This document shows, piece by piece, positions 46,101 through 59,173 of a DNA stretch of 64,000 nucleotides; positions within the stretch are counted from its first letter, which is position 1; every line of letters starts with the position of its first letter. The DNA comes from Catajapyx aquilonaris (taxonomy: Eukaryota), in the NCBI GenBank assembly GCA_000934665.2, contig KZ538359.1, positions 1 through 64,000 on the forward strand. The letters are read 5' to 3'. The notes under the pieces were generated by a model. It was given only the letters and a program-made list of their open reading frames with translations, had not been told where the DNA came from and made no database searches. Made by a program: the position numbers and the translations under genes.

Positions 46101-48132
46101 TATTCGATAAGTGTTCGTTTTGAGCTGCATTGTCCATCAATAATTAATGTTTCAGTTTTAATTACCTCACTTTTTTGTCGCATTGTCGTATATTTTTTGA
46201 GTCTCACATAACCTGAAAATCCAAGTACTGCAGAAAAAATGTTGCGGGCATCAAGTAATAATGAAATTGCTGTTTGTCAAAAGTGACAAAATCCTTGCTG
46301 GGCGACATTTGGCACGCACCACTGCACTGGGGGCTGCTGGACCAAGTGCCAAAAACCTCAGGAATGTCTCCTCCACGATTTGTGTCTTGGAAGGGGGGGG
46401 ACTTGGAGTATAGTGGTCTTTCTTTTGCGAGGCAGCAGGCAGCCCACATCAGCGCAATATTCTTTCCCTGAGTCCGACGGGGGTCGTGAAAAGGGGGAGC
46501 TTTCAATTCGAGTGTGACAACGGACAAAAACTCTGCGGACCACACAAAAAAAAGGTGTAGGGGGCAGGGGGAGGGAATAAATTGGAAACTCGTTTTGGTG
46601 TCTTCTGGAGTAACATGCAATCTAAGACCGTTTCCGCATTTCCTCACCCCCCTCTTTTCATCCCCACCTTATTCCCTCTGTTGGGATTGTTGGAGACGTG
46701 ACGCCAGGACCTTACCACCGCCAGCCAGGCCACGCCGCCAAATTGAATCGCGCCTCCCTGTATTGGTCTCTCCAAGGAGTGATGCCTTGGGAGAAGGAGG
46801 AAGTGCGGGAGGAGACGACGTGACACGAATGGGTCTCACACAGACATTTATTTGCCAGGCATGTGCCACACCCATACTCAAGTTGAGTCACTGCGAGGGG
46901 ACAAAAGTGAATTATTGCCGATGAAACTAAAGAGGAAAGTGACTACGTCACGGATCACGCCTCCAAGATGGCCACGATGACGTCAAGCACGCAACAAAAT
47001 GGACGACATTATGAAGAATTGATTAGGCGCCACTCTGTCCACTGTGACGCATCACCAACGTGCATGTGGTCCTGCTTTCCCTTTCAAAGTGGCAGTAGTG
47101 TGCAGAGAGGATGCGCGTCATCTGTGAGTGGCATATCGTACTGTGGGCCCTGGCCAGGCAGTGTTGCCAAGATTATTGCTCTCGTATATTTATAAATGAA
47201 TAATAACACGAAGAAAGTGCATAAATTAAAACTTCATTAAGATCAGAGTTACGTTATCAACAGCATCATAAATCTAAAGACCTTGCATCGATGTATACTT
47301 TGAGCAAGAATAAGCCCGCCCAGAATTGCAGTGCAGATGAGTCTAGTGCGCAGGCGTAATTAAAAAGCTAAATTAGGGCGCATTATTATCCGGCAGCAGC
47401 TCCGGCCCGCTTGTCTCCATAAATATTTCTAGGAAAGAAGAGATATCGGATTGTAGCCTTATACCAAACCTTGCGCAGGATTTGTTTCCAAGTCTGCTAA
47501 GAATTATGGGGTCGGCCTTATATATGCACCTTATGGGGACTGGAAGGGGCTCCAGAAAAACACGATCTATTTAGACGTCACGCGGGTAAGAAGTGGTCGT
47601 CTTAATTGGGAAGGGATCAGTTCAGATCAGGTTCGTCCCTATCCATTTATTTTTCGTTGCTAATTGGTCCAATAATTTCGATTTCTCCCCCTTATTAATC
47701 ATCATCAATATTAATAAATAATCTATGAGGCATTTACATCCGTTAATGACAATATGAGCGTGTGACGTCTCCAAAAAAAATAACATTGGTGCATGGTTAA
47801 TGACTGTTGACACGCAAATGAATAGTTCCCCCTCACACTTCTTCAATTATGCAGCACTTACTGAGGCCTCTTAAAGGTGCTGTATAGCTCCAACTCCCGG
47901 TCCTGCTCTTAGTTATTAGTTGTCGGTCGTTAATGAACCAAATAATTAATGACAAGGACAGACCTTGAGGACAAAACAGCAGTTAATGATCTTACACCTC
48001 CAGTGGTGAAACCGAGTCTTAAACTGAGTTCAACTTTGATCAAACTGTAGGATTACACCATGATATTCGTAAATGTTCTTTCACTTATTTATTTATTTAT
48101 TTATGTGTCTATCATTCATTCATTCATTTGTA

Positions 48133-48250
48133 CTAGCAGCTGAGCCCGTTCTTCTCACTGCCTGTTTCCAGGGCAATTGGTTACCATGGACAAACAAGCA
48201 AACAAACAAACAAACAAACAAACAAACAAACTTTTCATTATATATTTTGT
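48133..48250 (-). mobile_element. minimal non-autonomous Helitron-like element
   Basis: (TTTG)n tract and 3' GAAGAACGGG…GCTAG-T; same family as 52313-52775 and about 63245-63365. Confidence 0.5.
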
Positions 48251-50995
48251 ACGATTCGTTTATTTAGTTATTAGGTTAGTAAGTAAGTTTAAGTAGGTCC
48301 TACTATCTCGCTCTATAGGTCAATTTGTGGGACTTGGAAAGTTACCCTCAGATATATTTAACCAAGAAATAAATAACTCCAACCGGTGTGCAGTCGGCTG
48401 CCTTTACCGATTCATTTATTTAATTTTTAACCTGCAATGACCGGCCACAAATTGAAGAGCTCCTTTCACGGATTGTGTACCTATAGTTTTAAATCCACGT
48501 GCCCTAAACCGTGAAGGGATTTCATACACGTGCCGACTTGTGATCTTTCAATAATCAGGTGTGCACGTGCTGTATATACGATATATTCTGAGAACCCTAT
48601 GCATTACATGTGTATACATAAGGCATTCCAGGACACATATATATCCGGGGAGGGCCTTTCCTGGTCCCGGAGCATAAATAATGCATAGGCAGCCAGCTCT
48701 AGTAGGATCAATGATAGAAGCGATAGGCGAGCGCCCTACGCCAACTGTCTATCTAGAGTGCCAGGGGCTATAGTGTTAGTTGGCTCGATCCCCAGGTCTA
48801 TTATTCAGGGGGGGGCACAAGTACTCTTCAACAGCCCTCCGCTGTCCAACATTACTTCCAAAAACCCGATTTTTTTGCGATTTTTTTTTTTTTTGGCCAA
48901 TAACCGCATTTGCTCAAGTGGCCGGACTGACCTTTCGAATTAACTATGCAGCCTGATGGACCAATCGAATTAATGTCACCTGATTAAATGAGCGGTCAGT
49001 CATCGGGATGCCCGATTTTGTACAGTGCTTCAGAGACTGCCCTAATTTTAGCGATCAATCGGTTTTTCGATCGGAAAATTTATCCGTAAATCGATCTACT
49101 GATGTGCGAATATAGACAACAATTCAAAATGCACTGACATCCGTGCTTTTGTTGCTTACAAAGATTTTATATGGATAGTTCTGTCGAAAATAGTGGAAAT
49201 CTGGTTATATAGTTGATGTTGACAGCTTTCATCGCTTAAACTCAATTACTGACAGTGTAGCAATATGATAAAATGTCTTCTGCCACATTCACAATATTCT
49301 TAGTAAAAATTGAGTCCGATGGGCATAAAACCATAAACCGATTGTATTGTTTGTAATCTACTAGACCACTTCCGTCGTGTGATTGCACCTGTTGTTTAGT
49401 ATACGCACAGAGCAGCGTAATTGTGCAACCTCGCCCGATAATTGCGTTCATGACTACTATAAAATCCGCATTTTACTGCCCTCCCCATCGATTGGAGACT
49501 TCTAGAATCTACAGACTGAATCACATTCCCAGGGAGTTTCCTTTTTTTTTTTTTTTGATAAGCGGCTGGCCGTTAATAACCTACAGGGAAATGAAATGCG
49601 ACTTCCCGAGCCATTTCCACCACTCATTTTGAAAATGATTTTTCACATCTTCAGAAAAAGGGGGGCACAAAAAAAAGACATTTTAATCTGCAAAAGTTCA
49701 CCAATTCACAGTCCATGAGAAAGGATTGGCGAACTTAGCAGGCTAGGTCAAGAGGCATTTTTACAGATACTGATGAGACACACTGTATGTATTTGCTTTC
49801 CTGCTGGATACACCTCTATGTGAACACTATCAACATCATGTCCTGTAATTTCGATAACCCCACAGCGCATGGAGTCATAAATTCCAAAAGTACATGACAC
49901 TGGACAAAAAGCATCATAATGGAAGAGCTTGGCTGCATCTATGGCAGTCTATTCACTATTGAGTGTCATTACTATACGAGGCTGTCAATTAAGACTCCTG
50001 TTGTGTATACAGTTTGGTTGTTATGGGTGCGCAGTGGATACAGTGTTAGTGCGACAACCCCCGGTTTGCCATCAAAAGGTGGGTGGGATAATGGTGGGAG
50101 GGGCTTCAAACCCCCCGACACTAATGATCGACCAACATTTTTTTTTTGAACGAAAACTAGTAGCAAGTACGAGTAGCTGCAAAGTTATGTAGAATCGCCA
50201 CATTGCGACATGACTTATAGAAGAAGAAATAATTACTCTCGAAAAACTACAATGACAAATTCATTTTTTATGTAGAGCGGATTGCTCGAGATGTAGTACA
50301 GACATGTGCACCATGAATGTCTGTGTTTTAGGGCACATTTTTTTTGATTTATTTAATGACTACACCCTTCATAATTACACGTCCATATGCGCTACTCGTC
50401 AGGTTGGCGCCACCATAAAAATTCTTACATTAGAAGCATACACTCAGAGGCCTCTCTCTGTGCGGCCATCTCTGTAACGCTACATTTCACATCATGCAAA
50501 TTTTGCAAAATACGAACTTGCTTGTATAGAGACTCGACGGCGGCGGCTTCCCCCCCTTTTCCCCAGTGTAAAACAAGTGTTTCCAACATTGTGAAGAGGC
50601 CCCCTTCATGGCTTGTAATGATACCCCCATAACGGGGAACCCCCCATATCGTATAAACGACCAGCGCTAAAGATGTGTTGGGAACTGGGATGGGTGACGT
50701 AACGGTCTTTTACGCACAGAAATCGTTACGGTGTGTATAAACGTAAATTACCGATCCATAATGCAGTTGGAAGCTCCCTCACTGTTCAAAGCAGACATTT
50801 GAACTGTATTTAAGTAGTTAATTGCAGAGCTGGGAGCTTATTGTGGGCTATGTAACCGGAAAAATCACTGTACGTTTTGTGGCGGTGGAGCAGCAGGCTA
50901 ACGAACGTTATTGTGGCTTTGACACGGCGAGATGCACTCGGACGCTCCTCCACCGCGACTCCCCGCCACTTCGTCGCGTCAGGGAGCATATTATC

Positions 50996-51446
50996 ATACT
51001 ACATAAGAGGCCCAAACTTCGGTCGGGGCCTTTGATGTCCGCGTCTCTCTGTTTGGGGCCGTTGCCAAGGCGGGCGGCCATTTTGAAACGGTGGCAACGC
51101 CAACGAGGTGTAGATAGGGTACAGGCAGGCCGTAAAGGTCCGCCATCTTTGATGGTTTTGGCTGCCATGGCAATACACGGCAAGAACACGAGCGAATTTG
51201 AATATTTTTGCGGTATGAGCTCCTTTAATGCACTTTTCTCCGTATTAATTCCGTAAGTACGGCAAAAATATTCAAATTCGCGCGTGTTCTTGCCGTGAAG
51301 TGCCATGGAAGCCAAAACCATGAAAGATGGCGGACCTTTACCCTGCCTGTACCCTATTTATACCTCGTTGGCGTTGCCCCCGTTTCAAAATGGCCGCCAG
51401 CCTTGGCAACGGCCCCAAACAGAGAGACGCGCCTCTTATGTAGTAT
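50996..51446. mobile_element. long foldback element, arms about 190 bp
   Basis: ATACTACATAAGAGG…CCTCTTATGTAGTAT; arms complementary throughout, with scattered mismatches and one indel of about 25 bp. Confidence 0.85.
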
Positions 51447-52312
51447 ATGCTCTCTGGTCGCGTAGTAAAGATCTACCCTTATATTATACCGACATCATCA
51501 ATCAGTCATTCTGATGGAATATCACACCAGTGTTTCGGGCAACAATCCGGAAGAAGAGGGGTCGATTCCTTGTTTCCGGACATTGCCACGTGCCAACCAA
51601 ACACGCCGATCCAGCCTACGACTTGATTTACAGTCTGCCTTTGCCTGTACGGGTATACCCGGTGCATGCGTCACACCATCCGGCTTGGTAATTACAGGCC
51701 TGTCATTGTGTTGGACAGTGCACTACATCGACTTGAGTCCCCTTATCAATATCTGGTAATCAGCATGGACGGAATTCTTGATGCGTCCCACTCAAGGCCG
51801 CCGGGAATTGCTCGGTTGGTGGTGGGGGGGGGGGGGGGGGGNNNNNNNNNNNNNNNNNNNNNNNNNNNNNNNNNNNNNNNNNNNNNNNNNNNNNNNNNNA
51901 CAAAACCGTTTTCTTGGAACCGCTTCACCAACTGACCAGCAAGGAGAATATCCGTTGTCAATTAAAACGGGTTGTCACGCATCGCACGTACAATCAGTCT
52001 GTAAAGAGGTTGGTTTTACGACGGAGTTAAAAGCTGGTCAAACAAACGATTAAAAAAAAAAGGGATTGAAAGCGAAATCGAACGAAAGTCGGAAGGACTC
52101 GACATGACGACCCAACCAATATGAGGTGGAAACGATTTTTTTAACGAGCGCAACCAAGTGCGCACCCTCACTCGCGCAGCCCCTCTGTTGTGACAACGTT
52201 GCCAGAGTTACTCCTCAGGGGCCAAATTTTTATAGATAGACACATAGTACACAGATGAATTCTGAACAATCCCACACGGGATTACCAGAAATCGCTAAAA
52301 TCTATTAATTAA

Positions 52313-52775
52313 CTAGCAGGGGACCCGTTCTTCGCACGGGGATTGATAAATTAGATAAGGTTTGTAAAACCTGCTCATGCTGTATAGTGAGCTAAGTACT
52401 GAAATCCTAAATTATGGGCGTTTAGACTTTTAAAAAGTGCAGTTTTCGGACTTTTATCTCAATCAGTGGTAAGGTGAAGTGGGGTAAGTGCATACACGGG
52501 GTAAGTGCATTGGAATGAAAATGGCTGACGACACCAAAACACGTCAGGCACTCTTTTGTGTAGATGCACATCACATCCCCACAAGAGGTGACAGAGCATG
52601 TCAGCCATTTTCATTCCAATATGGCGGCCAATTTATGCACTTACCCCATGTATGCACTTACCCCACTTCACCTTACGTAAGACATTTGTGTGCCAAGTTT
52701 CAGCACTCGCAGTAGTTCAGGAGTGGGTTAGGTAGCCCGGACATACAGACAAACTTTCTGCTTTATAATGTACAG
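52313..52775 (-). mobile_element. non-autonomous Helitron-like element with a nested MITE at 52469-52676
   Basis: 3' hairpin CCCGT-GCGAAGA-ACGGG then CTAG-T; nested TIR GTAAGGTGAAGTGGGGTAAGTGCATAC. Confidence 0.6.
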
Positions 52776-54224
52776 TACATAGCGATGATTAAATAATTAA
52801 GTAAATAACATCAATCACACCCGTAGCTTCAGAGGCTCGTTCCAGAACTATGGCAACGTTGCAAATGTCGGCCATTTTATTTCCCATCCCTAGGGTAGCG
52901 TTGGAAATAAGTGTAGCTCAGAACACCCACCAAACATAGAGCTTACCAGCTATCATTCCATGCGCTAATTGTGGTGCGCACATTGCTTTCGTCATAAAAT
53001 CATATAATATTTTAATTGTTCATTCCGGAAAGAGTTTGCAGATTTTTAACCGGTTGTTGAATTCAACAACTTTGCAATTACCTCCTTCTTGATGTACGTA
53101 AATGAGGTAACACTCTTGTGTGATTAGTATGATCCGGATGATCTTTAATTGGTAGGCTGTAAGTGCGCAGACAGGTGGCGGAGGAGATGAGATTGATTAG
53201 TCCAGGTGTGTGGCTGTTGGGGGTAGTTCAATTAGTGTAATGCCTGGTTGCGCAGATGGGTCTGGAATATTGGTTATGGAGAGAACCTTGGATGCTGCTG
53301 CTGCGTCGAATAGTTTAGGCCTTGTGGTTGAAGGCCTCTCAAAGCCTGGAAATTGCCTTCTCATTCCCGACCACCTCTCTATATACATATAACCCTGCGG
53401 CCATTACTTGCGAATCAATTTTGGCCTTGATTTTATATCTCCCCCTCCAGACTCTGCCAATCCATATTCCCCAGATGTATGTATTACGGGCTGTTTTATG
53501 ACGCCAATAAGTCAATTCCGGCTGGACCATAAAAGGGTCGTGTCAACCTCACATATCTCCTGACAATACTGTAGTATTTCATCTGGATCGAGTAACTAAC
53601 AAGCAAAGCCAGAGCCTGAATCTATAACAAGGACTTTTCCCTCTCTCGGTGTGAACGATCCCCAGAGCTAGTACTTATACAGTCGCAAAAAGATCTCTTG
53701 GCTCCAGCACAAAAATCGAACCGAAATCTAACCCCATTAAGAGTCGACACACCCAAAAAAGTTGGTTGGCCCTAGGCGACGACCTCATTTGGGTTTCCTT
53801 CGCGCAATATTCATCGACAGGGCTAAGACCACCATTGGCTTCGTTATACTTCAGTGAGAGAGATAAAAAAAAAGAGAGAAGAGCTTTCTTTTGATACACC
53901 CTGTACCGATCCACAATAACTCATTCTAACCACTTGATCCCTTCCCATTTGTGTCTGCCCCGCCCCTCTTCTTCTGCAGCGATTCTTCCTGCATGATCGA
54001 CCAAACCATGAGCCCCAGCCTAGGCAGGCCAGGGTCGAACTCTCTCTGATTGTGCCCCATTTTTGATTGCAGGATTCCAACATGACAAAAAAAAAATGCC
54101 CATTCGTTCCAGCACACCCAGATCAAAAAGGATCCACTCAAAATATGGCGGAATTCAAAGAGCTATTATGTACCTGGTATGTAGTTGCTCGTGCGTACAA
54201 TTTTTGACCTACATTATGAACCAG

Positions 54225-54384
54225 GAGGCGTATACTCATCCAGGTCACTCGCAATCGACAACGTCGATTGACGTCAAAATGACGTCATCAATTCTCCTCG
54301 CCCTGCCCTGGTCATCATTGGCGACGTCATTTTGACGTCAATCGACTTTGTCGATTGCGAGTGACCTGGATGAGTATACGCCTC
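54225..54384. repeat. hairpin/MITE, arms about 61 bp
   Basis: GAGGCGTATACTCATCCAGGTCACTCGCAATCGACAA…, followed by its near-perfect reverse complement. Confidence 0.85.
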
Positions 54385-56829
54385 TTGACTCAAAAATTGT
54401 GAGTTACACTTTGAGTTCATTTTTTTCCCCGGTCATCTTCGACTCGATTGGTTCAGCATGTACCGCATCGAAAAGCCTGACTGCGGCATGAAAATTTTTT
54501 TCTGGGTCCTTGGAAACACCCGCGCATAATTTGGGGATTATCTGCAGCACGCCCCATGCAATTTTCCCACAACTCGCTGCGGAACTCAATACAGACAAAT
54601 TGGGCCTCTAAATGAGGAATAAATTTCAAGCGCGACACACTTCACGTGGGGAAAAAAGGACATTGGATGGTTTTTTAACGAGTGTAACCGAGTGCGCATC
54701 ACAGTTCGCGCAGCTGGCACGGTTGGAATTATCAATGATACCTTGTAAGCTATAGTAGGAGTATTGTTTCCAACGCTACTCTTGAAGGAAGAAAATGGGG
54801 TTGCGACGTTTGCGACGTTGCCAAATGGTGGCCCGTTATGGAGAGTAACTCTGGCAGCGTTGTCAGAACAATATAGCTGTGCGAGTGTCGGTGCGCTCGT
54901 TAGAAAATCTCTGGACTAGTTCAATAGAGGAAAATGTTAATAATTTGGAATCGACGAATTTTACTCTCTTTTTTTTCTTAGAATGCAAATGGGATGAGAC
55001 TCCTGCAGGAATGAATTAGAGTCGGGAGATGAAAGGATTAGAGGAGCCAGTCTCATCCCGGATCCGGAAGACCTTCCCCTATTATTCCAGGGACTACCAA
55101 AAAGGGGTCCCCTACCAGCCTAGCTCCAGGGGGCCGAAAATTGGCCAAAACCTCTTTTGTCACCTATAGTAAGCCTAGTCATCACCTGACTCTCTCATGT
55201 CTTTATATATAGAGGGACTACTGGCAGCTATGGTTATGAAATACTTTGAATAAATCAAGGTATTTACGTATCGATGCTGCATCCGGGGTTCCTGCTTTTC
55301 TTCCCTTTCGCCTCCTGCGGCCTAGGATGACCTCGGAGGTCAGGCCCAATGTGCTAAAAACCTTCCCCGTTAAAAACTACCCCTAATGATCACCCTGGGG
55401 TATACGTCGAGGCCTCCGTATTGATTTGCATCGGGAACAACGGGACATACGTTGTGAAATATGTATAAGATGGTTTGGAGCAATATAAAGGGGAAGTCTT
55501 ATCCTGTATCAGTAAATAGTATCAACACCTATATTTAACAATACTGTTGGGTAGCTACCGGTTCCCATGAGGTCTTAAAAGTGCAAGCAGTAAACTCCTT
55601 GAACCTTGGGTCATACCCCGCCATTCAAGACATTGCACGAGACATCATTTGACACGGAATAGTAGAAGTCATTTCGTCATCATTTGGGAGGAATAACAGT
55701 GCGCAAAAAAATAGGGTAAGGTGGGTGACCCCTGTGGGTTGTCTAGGTCGTGGTGCCAACAACATTGTGCCCGCGATTCACAATAATAATGGGGTTTGAG
55801 GTATCCAAGGAGGAGGTGTCCGATGCACACGCACGACTCTTAGTTTGGAGACACCCCAGGAATTAACCCCACGGCACGTACTGTACACACGGCCAACGAT
55901 CTGACCCTAAAATGCATATAAGCCCTTTCCGATGGATAGTCGCCATCATATCCGCTCGAGGTATAGATGAGAGCAACTGAGTACGCAGCAGAGTTCGCGC
56001 AAATTGTTTGTGGGAACAATGGACTTGCGCGAGTGTGGGTGCGCACTCGGTTGCGCTCGTAAGAAATTCATAGTGTGCAGTGTGCGCCATCTGTCTTAAA
56101 TATGTTGTATTACGCGTGGATAGTCGGTGGCCCGGGCCAACTTTTGGGTTCAACTATATAGTGAGTCCAATTGGCGAATTCAGTGCTAAAGTTGTACCAC
56201 ACGTCTTCCGGAAATGGGACCGGGTTGTGCTGCCCGGAATGGGAATGGCCTCTCCAAAAAAGCAGGTCGGACCCACCAAAGAAAAATACAGAGACCGGAT
56301 GACTTTCCTTCCTTACTATTTGTGTCCTTGGATATTCGCGTGCATAAACTTTTTATGCACTTTTTTGGTGGGCATATTTAGATCAGTTCCGGTTATGGCC
56401 AACAAAGATCGTACCGTTGCAGCCGCACACGACTCGAATCAATCACAGCACATTACGTAATTAGAGATTCATTGGCCCGCTTTTTTTTCTCTTGGACATA
56501 TCCAGAAGTATAGGTCTAGATTAAAATGTTCGATTCGTGTGTCATGTAGGCCAAAATTGGTGTGGACCGAACATGCATTACGTGCATTACAGCGCATGTA
56601 GCGGTTGACAAAATGCAACAATGCGATGATTGGTATTACAAACCTGAGTGTTATCTGCACGGAATCACGTGAATCTCGGTTCCAAAACGACATATGTAAT
56701 GCTGATTCATCTTCCTCCTAATCATATTAATTTCATACACTTTTGGTAATATGTTATGTAATTTTAATATAATTAAACTGATCTGGATTTTTATGTGAAT
56801 TAATGCACAATAAAATTTTAAAAGGCTAT

Positions 56830-57072
56830 CCTAATCCTGACCTAATCTGACCTAACCTAACCTATAACCTAACCCTAACCTAACGGTTAGGTTAGCGTTA
56901 GAGTTAGGTTAGGTTAGGTCAGGTTAGGTTAAGTTAGGTCCTAACCTAACCTAACCTAACCTGACCTAACCCTACCCTAACCAATCCTAACCTATCCTAA
57001 CCTATCCTAACCTATCCTAACCTATCCTAACCTAACCTAACCTAACCATAACCATAACCTAACCGACCCTAC
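56830..57072. repeat. CCTAA/TTAGG/CCTAA array with orientation switches
   Basis: Read directly; strand switches near 56885 and 56939. Confidence 0.85.
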
Positions 57073-59109
57073 CTATTTTAAAATTTATTTACACATCTGA
57101 GTGTAAATCTTATACAACGCAAGACTTTCCTATTCATATTTGGACAGTGCGCAATCTGGTCTGACTTATATGACAGATAGTTTTGGTGACTTGAACGGAT
57201 GTGTCTGCGCACAAAATGGGTTCGTTGACGTCCCACCCTCGGTTTATCTCTGTCGCAGGGTTGTGAATATTTGATAGTTCTCACAAAGCCGGTGCTATAG
57301 AGCGCAAAAAGAGTTCGGACATCTTGACACGCAGGAGATTAATAATGCTCGCCACACAGTCTGGAGGTGTTTAGGCGCAATGTTGCGGCACACAGTCTTG
57401 GATTAAAAGTGTCAGAATAAGTCGTTGTGAAGCAAAACCTGTTGGATCAGGTCTAGCCAAATCCAATCTGTGGAATCCACGTGTGCACATTTTCTTTATT
57501 GCACTCTTTTGGACCCTTTGATGCAGATGGGAAAATCCGATTTATGATCCGGAAGTGCTCTAAAGCGAGGCGGTCCGGTAACAACATCAGGAGGTTTAAG
57601 TACAGTCGGTGCCGCCCGTCTCCAGCATAGGCACCGCCACGTAATGGAGCGTGAGTGCGGAACAACGTTTAATATACTCATGCTGCTGAGAGTGCAACAA
57701 ATTCGTTTATAGACCAGACAGAAAAAAAAATTGTTGTATGTGAAAAGCCGAGGGATATATGGGCCAGGAATCAAATCATCTCAAATAGACTCGATCAACA
57801 CGCGTGTGACTTTAGGCAAAAGTCACTCCAGGTGCTGAAGGTGATTAGAACCACAGTTAAATATTCATACTCTGGTTGTGGTGACAATATTTTGGGTGTT
57901 GGCCAGAATTTTTATTGCCTCTTCCTTCCCAATGCATCATGATGTTTACAAACACTATCGATGCGTACGTTCGCACGCAATATTTGCTGTCAGTACTTAT
58001 GTTGCTGGGCGCATAACTCTAGAGTAAGTGCCAACCATTTATCTCCAGCATGATCACAAGAATTGCCTCCTGTAAAAAAATATATTGTGTGACTCGTGTT
58101 TAGCAAATTTGAAATTGGTTGACATTTTCATAAATGTTTAAACACTAGAAAAAACCTCGATTCGCTCGCATTTTTATAGGGGCCTACCCGCTGGTTTTTT
58201 TCCAGGCCTGCGGTCTTCGGTGGTGGAGGACATGTTGTTAATTCCCGTCCCCCTTCTGTAGAGTCAAAGGACATCATAGAATGCACTTTTGGAACCTCCC
58301 ATGGAAATGACCTCAAGAGTGCCAAAGAAAGGACACTGTTGTGTGAGGAGGCCAATCGGAAGCGTCGCGGTAACAACAACGGCGGACCAATCAGATGGCA
58401 TAACCATACAAGATTAATGAGAATTTTAATATTATAGAATTGAAGAATATAATATGACTGCTAACAACAAGTGGAGTAAGTAGCATTATAAACAGTGATT
58501 GTACACAGTGACGTAACAGTACACATGTGCGGTGTGTCATCAGTGCTAATCACTTCTGTTACATGCAACCAGCCCTGCAGAGTCGTTACATCAACCCGAC
58601 ACAGAATACAAAATGTATATTGGGCGTATCTGGTGATCATCCGGTATGTTACGGCAATCCGGTATATCGAGATACGGTAATTCGAGTCTCCAGCGTAAAT
58701 TACCTAATTTTATTCCCCCTGCAAAGCTTCGTGACGCAATTAATCATTAGCAATCTAATAGTCACAGGCTTTGAAACTGAACCAAAGAGGTGCCAATAAA
58801 TTCATTACGAAACACCCTGTCGTAACTTATTTTTAGGAGGTTGTGTGCAGTGTAGCTTTCGATCGTCGTCTGTAGCAGCATAACTAGTGCGGAATGGATC
58901 TTTTCCTTCCCCTGCAAATCGGCTGGATTTTTTGCAATCAGTCCTGAGCTAGGAAATTGCAAAAAAGGAGTAGCTGGACTGGAAATGGACCAGTTGGAGG
59001 TGGAAATAGGAAGCGATAATGATAAACATTGGAGAAGGAGCGAAGTCTACATTGGGCTTGAGCTTGCAAGGGAAATTGGCCCTCGCGAATACGAGTAGGC
59101 AAATTACTT

Positions 59110-59113
<4 letters not shown>

Positions 59114-59168
<55 letters not shown>
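59114..59168 (+). repeat. (GA)n microsatellite
   Basis: Read directly. Confidence 0.95.

Positions 59169-59173
<5 letters not shown>

Noticed and set aside
48695..48800. Possible tRNA or SINE head (A/B-box-like words)
   Set aside because: No cloverleaf can be built and the box matches are too degenerate.
50822..51514. Mirror-image ORFs on opposite strands
   Set aside because: A consequence of the foldback repeat; no transposase motifs.
51842..51899. N runs (also 11770-11771, 30844-30856, 43589, 61016)
   Set aside because: All adjoin G or C homopolymers, consistent with sequencing gaps rather than biology.
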